DNA of 64,000 bases, from assembly GCA_964621445.1 (NCBI GenBank), contig CAZUNO010000004.1, positions 96,001 to 160,000 of the forward strand. The letters are read 5' to 3'. The translations under genes were made by a program, and so were the position numbers. This DNA is from Candidatus Hadarchaeota archaeon. GTDB taxonomy: Archaea; CAYQAE01; CAYVLA01. Shown in pieces: positions 1 to 9,014 of the stretch (position 1 is its first letter; each line of letters begins with the position of its first letter). The notes beneath the pieces are model-generated. The model was given only the letters and a program-made list of their open reading frames with translations. It made no database searches and was not told the DNA's origin.

Positions 1-1624
1 TGTCAGCAGAATATATCTTGTTCAGTATGATCATGGGAACGCTAGAATTCCTGGGATTTTCAAACCCCTGTTCCACGTAGGGCCATACCTGATCGAGGAC
101 AACCTGATAGCCATTTTTCGTTGCGTTCCCTGCCAGCTGCCCGGCATTCTTGTATCTTCCCTCACCGAACTCCTCGATCGCCCGTTCGTAGGCTATCCTC
201 GCTGAGTTAAGCTGACCAAGACCGAGTTGCCCATAGTACTCCAAAAGGTCCGAAAGTTCATGTATGGGTCCCCAGGACTCCATGGCTCTTAATTCCTCCT
301 CGGAGAGATCCCATACGAAGCAGGGAAGGTCCTCGAGGTTCAACACGTCGCCCTCTATGGTAGTTGTGGACATATTACGGCCCATGTACTTGAAAGGACC
401 CATGGCCGGGGAGAGCTGAAGAGGCGAGAAGGCCAATCCCAATTTCGGTGGGAGAGCCTCGCCCGAGCTGGTATTCACATTGGGGTTGAATACTGCCGAT
501 GCTACCCCCGGACCAATATTTGCCCGTACCTCGATCCCGGGATAGACGAAGAAAGGCTGGATGGGATTGGGCGGTGCGGTGTCGTTGAAGTGGACCTGGC
601 TCTGGAGAAGACGGAAGGCCTTTGCGTAATGTGCCTCCGGCGCCAGTGTCCAGGGGTTAGTTGCCCTTTGATAGATCCAGAAGGCGCCATTGTGCCTTGT
701 GCCGTACTCCATATAGTCCAGTATATCGAAGGGAGCTATCCAAAGCGTCCACATACCCGGCAGGACCTTGCCATTTATCCCCATTTCATGGAAGAGCTGG
801 TGGTTATCATCCACCTTTCCCTTTTTATAGCCGGAATAGGTATCCTCATGCCAGGCGGTTACTGTTTTTCCCTCCGTCGATAGACCCTTTAGAATGCTCA
901 GGTGGAACCAGGACCCATCCTCAAAGGCCAGTATACCTAGGTGAAGATCGGGATTGATAGTATGAATCTTCCGTTGCGTCTCCCTGGCGTATCCGATCAC
1001 GGTCCGCTCCTGCCAATCCTGGAACTCCTCTAGAAGACCATTTTGGCTGAGCCAGCCCCTTCTCTCCGATGGGGGAAGAGAGGGTATGGTCCTATCCGTC
1101 TCGTTGCCGAATCTTTGCAGGGCATACTGATCGAAGGTGTAGTCCCAGTAGGTAAATTCCTCCCTTCTGTAGTCCTCAATGTCCCATACAACTCCCCATA
1201 TATCATGGCTCAAGGAGAGGTTGGCTATAGCAACCCCTGGCTCCTCGATAAGCCTCTTCCAATAGATGGGGTCCACACGTGATGGGGTTACGCTCTCCAC
1301 ATGTCCGTTGGCGTTTACCGCCCGGGAGTAGTTGAATTCGGGCTCCGTCACCTCGTAATATGGGCCGCAAATCAGGCTAAGGCCATGCTCAGATGCCTTA
1401 TCGCTCTCGTTTGCAAAGAGCTCAAGGGCCTTCTCCTCCCCCTCAGTCCACCACACCTCCTGGTACACGGCATCAAATCCTAGTTCACCGAGGATGGAAT
1501 AGTTCCAAACGCCATACACGGCTCTGAAGTCATCGACGCCTTGAGCTTGAACGAAGGTTAAGGCGATAAAGAAAGCCATAACTAATACAGGGAATCGAAA
1601 ATGAGTAATCTCCAATTTGATCAT
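1..1624 (-). CDS. Exported glycoside-hydrolase-like (TIM-barrel-like) protein, 3' end runs off the window
   Basis: Hand translation is open from ATG 1624 (or TTG 1615) to the edge: MIKLEITHFRFPVLVMAFFIALTFVQAQG (signal-peptide-like)...GPYY...FNYSRAV...IWGVVWDIEDY...WHEDTYSG...GAFWIYQ. It is absent from the ORF track because no stop lies in the window. The fold call is inference. Confidence 0.8.
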   Translation of the reverse strand, partial: MIKLEITHFRFPVLVMAFFIALTFVQAQGVDDFRAVYGVWNYSILGELGFDAVYQEVWWTEGEEKALELFANESDKASEHGLSLICGPYYEVTEPEFNYSRAVNANGHVESVTPSRVDPIYWKRLIEEPGVAIANLSLSHDIWGVVWDIEDYRREEFTYWDYTFDQYALQRFGNETDRTIPSLPPSERRGWLSQNGLLEEFQDWQERTVIGYARETQRKIHTINPDLHLGILAFEDGSWFHLSILKGLSTEGKTVTAWHEDTYSGYKKGKVDDNHQLFHEMGINGKVLPGMWTLWIAPFDILDYMEYGTRHNGAFWIYQRATNPWTLAPEAHYAKAFRLLQSQVHFNDTAPPNPIQPFFVYPGIEVRANIGPGVASAVFNPNVNTSSGEALPPKLGLAFSPLQLSPAMGPFKYMGRNMSTTTIEGDVLNLEDLPCFVWDLSEEELRAMESWGPIHELSDLLEYYGQLGLGQLNSARIAYERAIEEFGEGRYKNAGQLAGNATKNGYQVVLDQVWPYVEQGFENPRNSSVPMIILNKIYSAD

Positions 1625-1653
1625 GCCTGAGAAAATTGTTGCAAAGCCAGAAA

Positions 1654-1707
1654 AAAATAGTTTGATAAAAATGAATACTCGGGAATAGTAAAGGGAGGGT
1701 CTATTCC
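1654..1707 (-). terminator. Putative terminator after the small basic ORF
   Basis: Inverted repeat GGAATAG (1682-1688)/CTATTCC (1701-1707), followed on the minus strand by T5 and T7 tracts. Confidence 0.4.
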
Positions 1708-1726
1708 ACTCCAGGAAATCTCGCGT

Positions 1727-1843
1727 TTAGTCCTCTTTTTGGCCTTTTCCCTTCTTTCGTGTTTCGCTGCATCCACCGCGGCCACGGTTTGCCCGTTTTC
1801 CCTTGCCAGATCCGTCACGTTTCGGTTTTCCTTTCTTTGCCAT
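1727..1843 (-). CDS. 38-aa Lys/Arg/Gly-rich small protein
   Basis: Strong SD AGGAGGTGA, then ATG 1843; reads MAKKGKPKRDGSGKGKRANRGRGGCSETRKKGKGQKED* (TAA 1729-1727). Below the ORF-track length cutoff. Confidence 0.7.
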   Translation of the reverse strand: MAKKGKPKRDGSGKGKRANRGRGGCSETRKKGKGQKED

Positions 1844-1949
1844 TGACTCACCTCCTGATCATGTTCTGTATGGTTAGAAAATTCCGAGGGACGCAAAAAT
1901 GTTCTGGTAATAATTGCCCAGATACAATTTTCTGTAAGGATTCCTGATC

Positions 1950-3770
1950 ATGATCATGGCCGACTTGCTGTCACTTAGCAGGGATCTGGCGGTATTCAGG
2001 GGAGAAGTAAACGTCGGTGTTGTTTTCAATGGGCCCTCAGTTCTATTGATCGATGTCGGACAGGGAGAGGTTTTAGAATCACTTGATCAGGATCATGAAG
2101 TTGACCTGGTGGCCTTCACCCACCATCATAGAGATCAGGCATGTGGTGCCTGGAAGGCCAAGCGTATTGGTTCGAGGATCCTTGTCCCCGAGGGAGAACG
2201 GTGGCTTTTCGAAGAGGTTTCTAGGTATTGGGGCGACTCCAGATACAGGTGGCACCTTTATGATCTCCATCCACACCACCTGACGCTGACCGAGCCGGTT
2301 AAGGTCGACAATTCTTTAAGGGATTGGGATGCTCTCGAATGGGGAAGAGCGAGGATCAAGGTATTATCAACCCCTGGACACACGGATGGAAGCTTGAGCT
2401 TCCTGGTTGAGGTAGATGGACAACGTACCGCATTCTGCGGGGATCTTATTTACGACGGCGGCAGGCTTTGGGATATCTACAGCATGCAGAAGGGATTACA
2501 TACCAGGGACTATCATGGATTTATGGGATCCAGGGAGGAGCTAACAAATAGCCTGTCAAGAATCGCTGAACGATCACCGGACAGAATCGTTCCCTCCCAT
2601 GGAGATATAATTAGAAATACCGATCGGGCCATAGATGTCCTAGTAAAACGTGTGGACCGGTGCTACCGGGATTTTGCCGCTATATCCTCTTTGCGCTACT
2701 ATTTTCCGGAGCTATTCGCGGATTACATGCGCGGGCCGAAGATAATGCCCATTTCCAAGGGAAAACGGGCTCCAGATTATTTGCTCCATCAGGGGACGAC
2801 ATGGGTATTGAAGTCCTCGGAAGGACCCTGCCTGGTCATGGATTGTGGTTCGCGGGATGTAGTGGACTGGCTTCTTCGTCTTCGTGGGGATGGGGACCTT
2901 GGTGAGGTCGAAGGGTTATGGATAACCCATTATCATGATGATCATGTGGATGGAATTCCCTATTTCAGGGAAAGCTTTGATTGCCCCATCATCGCAGATT
3001 CTCACGTTTCCAGGGTCATTGAGAGCCCCCTTAGTTGGCGGTTACCATGCATCTCGCCGGTGGAGGTGAATGTGGATCGTGTCACTGGAGAGGGTGAGAG
3101 CTGGGAATGGCACGAATTTAGCCTGTCAAGTTACCATCTTCCAGGCCAGACCCTCTATTCCGGTGGGCTTCTGGTTGAGGGGAAAGATATGAGGCTTCTT
3201 TTTTCCGGCGATTCATTCACACCTGGGGGCATAGATGATCATTGCTGCGGAAACCGAAACTTCCTTGGATACGATGTAGGATACCAGAGATGCATTGATC
3301 TCCTGGAATTCCTAAAACCCGATTTGATATTCAACAGTCACGTCGATGAGGGTTTTTCATTCAAGGCCGAAAACCTGGAATTCATGAGGACCAACCTGCA
3401 CAGGAGACTCAAGGATTTCGGTGCTCTTCTGCCATGGAGTAATCCGAATTTCGGGATGGACGAGAATTGGGTCCGTATGTACCCCTACGAACAGGTGATT
3501 AAGCCCGGCCAAAGGGCTGTTGTGTGTGCGGTGATTACCAACCATACGCGGGAGGATCTTGCAATTAAAGCTCGTATAATACCACCGAGATCATGGAAGG
3601 ATACACCGCCCGGTTGGAAGAGAGCAACCACCTCGCCGGGAGAAAATCGGATACCTCTATCCATAAAAATTCCGGAAAATATGGAGGGAAGAACCGCCTT
3701 TCCCGTGGACTTGAAGATGAACGATCTTGATCTTCCCCGTATTGCGGAATTTATCTTAGATACCCGCTAG
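1950..3770 (+). CDS. Tandem-domain metallo-beta-lactamase-fold hydrolase
   Basis: Two MBL motif sets: THHHRDQ...TPGHT...GD...PSHG and THYHDDH...PGQT...GDSF...NSH. C-terminal beta-rich extension. Confidence 0.85.
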   Translation: MIMADLLSLSRDLAVFRGEVNVGVVFNGPSVLLIDVGQGEVLESLDQDHEVDLVAFTHHHRDQACGAWKAKRIGSRILVPEGERWLFEEVSRYWGDSRYRWHLYDLHPHHLTLTEPVKVDNSLRDWDALEWGRARIKVLSTPGHTDGSLSFLVEVDGQRTAFCGDLIYDGGRLWDIYSMQKGLHTRDYHGFMGSREELTNSLSRIAERSPDRIVPSHGDIIRNTDRAIDVLVKRVDRCYRDFAAISSLRYYFPELFADYMRGPKIMPISKGKRAPDYLLHQGTTWVLKSSEGPCLVMDCGSRDVVDWLLRLRGDGDLGEVEGLWITHYHDDHVDGIPYFRESFDCPIIADSHVSRVIESPLSWRLPCISPVEVNVDRVTGEGESWEWHEFSLSSYHLPGQTLYSGGLLVEGKDMRLLFSGDSFTPGGIDDHCCGNRNFLGYDVGYQRCIDLLEFLKPDLIFNSHVDEGFSFKAENLEFMRTNLHRRLKDFGALLPWSNPNFGMDENWVRMYPYEQVIKPGQRAVVCAVITNHTREDLAIKARIIPPRSWKDTPPGWKRATTSPGENRIPLSIKIPENMEGRTAFPVDLKMNDLDLPRIAEFILDTR

Positions 3771-5521
3771 GACTCGGGCAAACGTCCCCTCGTGTAGCCC
3801 ACGATAAGAAGAGCGCACGAAAACACGACGGCGGAGATGAACATTATGGCCAGTAGAATATCCATCTTTATTGAGGCTTTGTGCTCGTTAAGCATCCTCT
3901 CCATATCACTTCTCAGTGCATCGTTTTCTCGTTCCGTCGTATACTCAATGAGACTAATCTCTTCCTGGGATTGTTCTTCAAGATTCCTTATCTCTTCATT
4001 CAAGGATTGAAGTTCCTCGATTCCTCTTTCAAGCTGGTTTATCATGCTAATGATTTGTCTGTCGTACTCCTGAAGTTCGGTGATATCTCGTTCCATCCTC
4101 TTTATGCGGGCAACACACTCCATAAGCTTGGATCGGATATCTGGCAGAGTTTCTGCCAAGTCCTTTATTTTCCATATGCTGGAATTGATTGCAGAAATTT
4201 CCCTTGAGATTTCGGAGAGATTGGAGCTTATGAATCCGGAGATATTCGCATATAGTTGGGCAAGTTGATGGCTCATGTTTGAGGTGATATTGCCCTCGAG
4301 CTGCCGAATCCTAGATGTAAGACCCATTTGAATTTGGACGAGCGAATTCGATAAATTCTCTATCCTCCCCTTTTCTTCCATGAGAGAACTGTTTAGATCC
4401 CCAATCCTCAGGTTTAATGACTGGTTCAGGCCCGACAAATATACCGTCAGGTTATTCAGGGTCCCGTTTAGAGTGTCAACTTTTTGGTTGGTTTGGGTCA
4501 GGTTGGAGATGATATTTCGAACCGAATTGTTCAATTCTCCTGCCGATTCCTCGGACTCCAGGCACAGTTCCCAGAGGGTCGTTGTTGTTGGTCGCCTGGC
4601 CAGATCAAGCATGACATTCAGGAAGCTATTTCTTATCCAGGCATCGGGAAGCGGAGAGAGGCTCAGCGGGTATGCCTCACCCTCCTCGTCGATGTCTATG
4701 GCGAACCATCCTATACAATCGCAATCACGTATTCTAGAGAATAATAGGTCGAATGTCATTTGATTGATGGTCGTTGTCTTGTCGATGATCTCCCCCTGCT
4801 CGCGGTGAGCCCTGAGGATAAACCAGGAATCGGAATCCAGCTTCCCCGTTAGGTTGATGGATAGCGCTACAGCCTCTGCAAGCCTTTCAATCTCCCCGGG
4901 ATCCAACTCCCTACCTGGTTCCACATAGGAGTAGTAATAGCTGACGATGAAATCGTATGGGGAGAGGAGGTTTGTGAGATTATCCAATTTCCTTGTGGAT
5001 CTATTTCCCACTACAATGCGCATATCAAGTATAACTCCCAGGCTCACATTCGGAAATTCCTCTTTCATGTCCCGCGCAATCTGGTTCTTGGCCTCCTTTC
5101 CACCCCGAGAGAGGTAGTCATCCCAAAGGATATACTCGGCTACCGGACCTTGATCGGTGCCTTCAAAGTATGAGATATTCCCCTTTATGCCGGAACTTAT
5201 CCTGTCAGAATTGAATTCATCGCTGATATTTGCAGTCAGAATCAGAGATATGTTCTTTCCGGACTTTGAGATATTAAGAAAGTAGTCCCGGGTAGAGGGC
5301 TGACAGGTTTCGTTTGTGGCATAGAAAACGATCCTGTCCAACTCTAGTTTCATGAGCTCTTGTGTGAGATTTTCGTTATTTGGCTCGAATGGGGCCACGA
5401 TGAAGCTCGCTGGTGCAATACGGGTATCTGAAGCCTGACAGGGGAATAAAATAAGAGCAAGTGCAATCATACCTCCCAATAGAAATTTGGGCCTAGAGAT
5501 CAAACCCTTTGGGATATTCAA
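3767..5521 (-). CDS. Membrane-anchored surface protein with a globular N-terminal domain and a long coiled-coil stalk
   Basis: Signal-peptide-like N terminus, many NxS/T sequons, heptad-rich region from about residue 320 to 550, C-terminal TM helix (ILLAIMFISAVVFSCALLIVGY) followed by basic residues. Confidence 0.75.
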   Translation of the reverse strand: MNIPKGLISRPKFLLGGMIALALILFPCQASDTRIAPASFIVAPFEPNNENLTQELMKLELDRIVFYATNETCQPSTRDYFLNISKSGKNISLILTANISDEFNSDRISSGIKGNISYFEGTDQGPVAEYILWDDYLSRGGKEAKNQIARDMKEEFPNVSLGVILDMRIVVGNRSTRKLDNLTNLLSPYDFIVSYYYSYVEPGRELDPGEIERLAEAVALSINLTGKLDSDSWFILRAHREQGEIIDKTTTINQMTFDLLFSRIRDCDCIGWFAIDIDEEGEAYPLSLSPLPDAWIRNSFLNVMLDLARRPTTTTLWELCLESEESAGELNNSVRNIISNLTQTNQKVDTLNGTLNNLTVYLSGLNQSLNLRIGDLNSSLMEEKGRIENLSNSLVQIQMGLTSRIRQLEGNITSNMSHQLAQLYANISGFISSNLSEISREISAINSSIWKIKDLAETLPDIRSKLMECVARIKRMERDITELQEYDRQIISMINQLERGIEELQSLNEEIRNLEEQSQEEISLIEYTTERENDALRSDMERMLNEHKASIKMDILLAIMFISAVVFSCALLIVGYTRGRLPES

Positions 5522-5558
5522 AACATTTCCCTTCCTGGTAGTTTGATTGTTCGGGCCT

Positions 5559-5640
5559 TATTTATAAGTCAAGCGTAGACCAATGAAGGCCAATTGTGGA
5601 GTTCCTTGTTCAGGGCTCCGCGAGGGTGTGAAATTTATAT
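5559..5640. promoter_or_regulatory. Divergent archaeal-type TATA boxes
   Basis: CTTATAAATA on the minus strand (5568-5559) upstream of 5521, and GAAATTTATAT on the plus strand (5630-5640) upstream of 5691. Confidence 0.45.
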
Positions 5641-5690
5641 TATTATTCCCCTCTACGAAAACAGCCACTGAAATGCGGTAGGCAATAATC

Positions 5691-7322
5691 ATGAACAAAT
5701 TTCTAGAATCCATCACTGGAAAAAGGTCCTTTCATCTCCTGCTCATCCTTTCCATATTTTATGTAATATCTAGCGGAAGTGTGCTTAGTACAAACGGGCC
5801 CTACCAGCCAATCCAACCAATCCAACCAATCCCCAATCTAACTTTTGATCCAATTCCTCCCGTTACCAATATCAGCCTTAGCGGTACTCAAGGTGAAAAT
5901 GGGTGGTTTACATCCGATGTGACCGTCACCCTGGAGGCAGCCGACAACCAGGGTACATGGAATAGCGGGCTCAAGGGAACCTTCTACTCAGTTATCCACG
6001 AGGACCAGCAATTTTCGCTTTCCTTGGAGTACACTGAACCCTTCACGGTTTCCCGGGAGGGGAAAAATACGGTCCGGTACCATTCGATAGATAACTATGA
6101 TAATTCGGAGGAAACCAATATCGAAGAGATTAGGATCGATAAGACCGAGCCACAGGGCTCCATGTCCATAAAGGGCCAGCCAGAGTATGTTTCGGAGCGG
6201 GATATACAGTTAAGCCTTTCGGGAACGGACGGGGTTTCTGGTTTGGCGACGGTGAGGTTAAAGACCGAGGGTGGTAGCTGGAGTGACTGGAGATCATATT
6301 CAAGCTCAATGAACTGGCAGCTAAGCTCAGGTGACGGAGAAAAGACGATAATGGCCCAGTTAAAGGACAGGGCCGGACAAACCTCGGAAACCTACCAGGA
6401 CCAGGTTATCCTGGACACATCTGCCCCGTCAATTTCCCTGGGTAACGAGAATGGATCGGTGGTTAAGAGCAATTCGGTTACCATCAACTGGAGCGCCACC
6501 GACGAGGGTTCAGGGATAGATAGTTACCAGGTCAGGGTCGATGGTGGGTCCTGGAAAAATGCGGGTACGGATTCCTCCTACACCTTTGAGAATCTCGAGG
6601 GTGGGGAACACGTCTTTGAGATCAAGGTAGCTGATGAGCTGGGGCAAACCGAAGTTAAGGCCCTTGAAATGGTGGTAAATACCACCCCAATTGGTGGACC
6701 ATCAATGCTCGAGGAGCTTCTTATCGTGGTGTTAATAATTGCCGTTGCCATAGGAGGGGTACTATACTGGTTGAGCAAGAGGCCCGAGAAACCGCCCGAG
6801 CCAGCCCAGCTGAGGGTTACCGCGGACCCAGATGAGATAATTGCCGATGGAAAATCCACATCCACCATAACCGTGCAACTGCTTGACGAGAAGGGTGAAC
6901 CGGTGGAGGCCAATGCGGATACCGAGGCAAAACTAAAGGCTAGCTCCGGGAGCATCGTCAATCCCGTGGTGAAGATTGCCCAGGGAAGCGATTCCGGAAC
7001 CGCGGTTCTTGGTTCATCCACCAAGTTCGGGAGCGTGAACGTGACCGTCGAGAGTTCCGGGCTGGCTTCCAGTTCCGTTTCGGTTACCTTCAAGGAGAAG
7101 CCTAGATTCTGCATGGGATGTGGCAGCCGAATGTCCGTGGGCGAGAAGAGGTGCGAAAACTGCGGTGCATCTCCATCAAAATTCGCAGGGCCCGAAACCA
7201 AGACCTGTCACTGCGGGGCCGTACTGCCCTACACGGCGAACTACTGCAGTGAGTGCGGCGCCAAACAGTCCCGAGCCGGGGAGTTTTCGGGCGAGGGGCC
7301 CGAGCCCGAATCACAGGAGTGA
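5691..7322 (+). CDS. Single-pass membrane protein: Ig-like ectodomains, TM helix, Big_1/invasin-like Ig domain, double zinc ribbon
   Basis: Signal or TM N terminus; Ig-like repeats (PPVT...GENGWFTSDVTVTL, IDKTEP, LDTSAP); TM LLIVVLIIAVAIGGVLYWL-SKR; ADGKSTSTITVQLLDEKGEPV (Big_1-type motif); CMGC, CENC, CHC and CSEC knuckles. Confidence 0.8.
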   Translation: MNKFLESITGKRSFHLLLILSIFYVISSGSVLSTNGPYQPIQPIQPIPNLTFDPIPPVTNISLSGTQGENGWFTSDVTVTLEAADNQGTWNSGLKGTFYSVIHEDQQFSLSLEYTEPFTVSREGKNTVRYHSIDNYDNSEETNIEEIRIDKTEPQGSMSIKGQPEYVSERDIQLSLSGTDGVSGLATVRLKTEGGSWSDWRSYSSSMNWQLSSGDGEKTIMAQLKDRAGQTSETYQDQVILDTSAPSISLGNENGSVVKSNSVTINWSATDEGSGIDSYQVRVDGGSWKNAGTDSSYTFENLEGGEHVFEIKVADELGQTEVKALEMVVNTTPIGGPSMLEELLIVVLIIAVAIGGVLYWLSKRPEKPPEPAQLRVTADPDEIIADGKSTSTITVQLLDEKGEPVEANADTEAKLKASSGSIVNPVVKIAQGSDSGTAVLGSSTKFGSVNVTVESSGLASSSVSVTFKEKPRFCMGCGSRMSVGEKRCENCGASPSKFAGPETKTCHCGAVLPYTANYCSECGAKQSRAGEFSGEGPEPESQE

Positions 7323-7327
7323 TATGG

Positions 7328-7723
7328 GTGGGACTTCCGGCTGCAAAGCTTAACGACAAGATAACGGCCATGGACATCCATGTGATAATGGTGCCCTCCC
7401 CCGGGGGTCCGGTGCCCACGCCCACCCCTAGCCCCTTCACCGGAAATATAGTATCCGATGTATCATCCGACGTACTAATTGAGGGCCTTCCGGCAGCCAC
7501 CCTTGGCAGCCGGGCCATCAACATGCCTCCCCATATCCCGGTCGGGGGCCCTTTCATGAAACCTCCCATGAACGAGGGAAAGGTGATGATGGGCAGCACA
7601 AGCGTCCTCATAAATTCAAAGCCGGCAGCACGGCTGGGGGACACCGCCATGACCTGCAATGACCCGGTTGACCTGCCCATAGGACAGGTCATCTCCACAA
7701 CCACCACGGTTTTGATCGGATAG
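7328..7723 (+). CDS. PAAR-domain spike-tip protein
   Basis: Motifs LPAAKLND, LPAATLGS and KPAARLGD...CND. Likely start is GTG 7328 after GGAGTGA; the ORF-track start at 7253 overlaps the upstream gene. Confidence 0.93.
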   Translation: MGLPAAKLNDKITAMDIHVIMVPSPGGPVPTPTPSPFTGNIVSDVSSDVLIEGLPAATLGSRAINMPPHIPVGGPFMKPPMNEGKVMMGSTSVLINSKPAARLGDTAMTCNDPVDLPIGQVISTTTTVLIG

Positions 7724-7769
7724 TCCTTAGTTTGATCGTAAAGACCGCGATTGAGTTTGAGAGAGCCGT

Positions 7770-8312
7770 ATGAAGACACACAAAACGGCCGTGGTAATAA
7801 TTCCTCCAGGTGAGGTACTGGAGCCAATACAGGAAATAAGGAAGGTGCACGACAGGCAGTTCAGGCGCTGGATGCCCCATATCACGCTGATCTATCCCTT
7901 TAGGCCCCGGAAATACTTCCCGATAATAGCCCGTGAGATGAGGCCCGCAGCCTCCAATGCAAGCCCTTTCGAGGTGGGCCTTAAGGAGCTGTCATTCTTC
8001 GAGCACTCGTCCGGCAGGTGCACCCTGTGGCTCGTCCCTGAACCAGGGGCTAAACTGGGTGAACTCAGGGAGTCCCTGGTCCAGGTGGTTCCAGATTGCG
8101 ATGATGTTGCTAGATTCAGAAATGGATTTACCCCGCATCTAAGTGTTGGGCAGGCGGAGGGGAAAAGAGAAGCCGTTGAGCTTATTGAGGAGCTTGAAAA
8201 AGGCTGGGAGCCCCGCTCCTTCAAGGTAACCGAAGCCAGCTTCATATCGAGAGGAGACCCTCCCAATGACATATTCCAAAAAAACCTGTCGATAGAGCTT
8301 GGTCAAGAATAG
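7770..8312 (+). CDS. 2H phosphoesterase (2'-5' RNA ligase family)
   Basis: Two Hx(T/S) motifs: WMPHITL and FTPHLSVGQ. Confidence 0.88.
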   Translation: MKTHKTAVVIIPPGEVLEPIQEIRKVHDRQFRRWMPHITLIYPFRPRKYFPIIAREMRPAASNASPFEVGLKELSFFEHSSGRCTLWLVPEPGAKLGELRESLVQVVPDCDDVARFRNGFTPHLSVGQAEGKREAVELIEELEKGWEPRSFKVTEASFISRGDPPNDIFQKNLSIELGQE

Positions 8313-9008
8313 CTAGACAAGGGGTCCCTGGCTTCGGACCTCTACCTTTTCTATTAGGCCTACCTCTTTCTGTATCTGTATTTCTCTCTCCAGATCACAC
8401 TCAATCTCTAGCACTGTGGCCTGCATAGGTTCATCTAGTCTCAATTTCCCTTTTCCAGGCTTGATCTCCATGCCCTTTTTGGAGAATTCCTCTTCCGCCA
8501 TCAAAAGGGCCTCCATTACCTTATGGCCCAGGGCATCCGCCTTATCCCTCTCCTTTTGCCATACCTGAATCGAGTACCTGGCCTGCAGTTTGGCTTTTTT
8601 TAGGGTAACGATTCCCCTTTTTGGCTGGTAGCTGACCTTGATATTCTCCTTTCCTTTCTTGGGGGCTCTCTCAAATTGGACCTGTACCTGGTCATAATCC
8701 ATGTGGTAGTCCTCGCCCTCGCGGAGAATCTTTCCCTGCGGATGCTCAACGCGAAGGCTACCTCTCATCATGGATTCCTGAAGCTCAAAGTTCTTTTTGC
8801 TACCCGTCCCGTTCAGCAATTCCACTGCACGTGGAGTCTGGGATTCCAGATCCTCGGATATTGTAGGTTTGCCCATCTCAAAACCGAGATTCCTGATGGA
8901 GATGGCAGGGAGGCTTTCTGGGTCCTCCCCGAAAATTATCCTTTTATCCTCCACTCCCACCTCGGTTTGAAGGAGCTCCCCTATGCTCTCCTCGATCTCT
9001 CTAAGCAT
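8313..9008 (-). CDS. Probable tail terminator/cap protein (Pvc16/DUF4255-like) with an inserted beta module
   Basis: Last gene of the tail operon. N terminus (LREIEESIGELL...IIFGEDPESLPAISI) and the YSIQVW...DALGHKVMEAL segment resemble the Pvc16/gp15 cap pattern. Confidence 0.55.
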   Translation of the reverse strand: MLREIEESIGELLQTEVGVEDKRIIFGEDPESLPAISIRNLGFEMGKPTISEDLESQTPRAVELLNGTGSKKNFELQESMMRGSLRVEHPQGKILREGEDYHMDYDQVQVQFERAPKKGKENIKVSYQPKRGIVTLKKAKLQARYSIQVWQKERDKADALGHKVMEALLMAEEEFSKKGMEIKPGKGKLRLDEPMQATVLEIECDLEREIQIQKEVGLIEKVEVRSQGPLV

Positions 9009-9014
9009 ATGCCT

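Noticed and set aside
1621-1896. 91-aa ORF in the track
   Set aside because: It overlaps the 38-aa ORF that has the strong SD, and it runs through the terminator-like hairpin and T-tracts; probably a shadow frame.
5805-5834. 9-bp tandem repeat (QPIQPIQPIP)
   Set aside because: About three in-frame copies forming a Pro-rich linker. Too short for a CRISPR array, and a 9-bp unit would not shift the frame.
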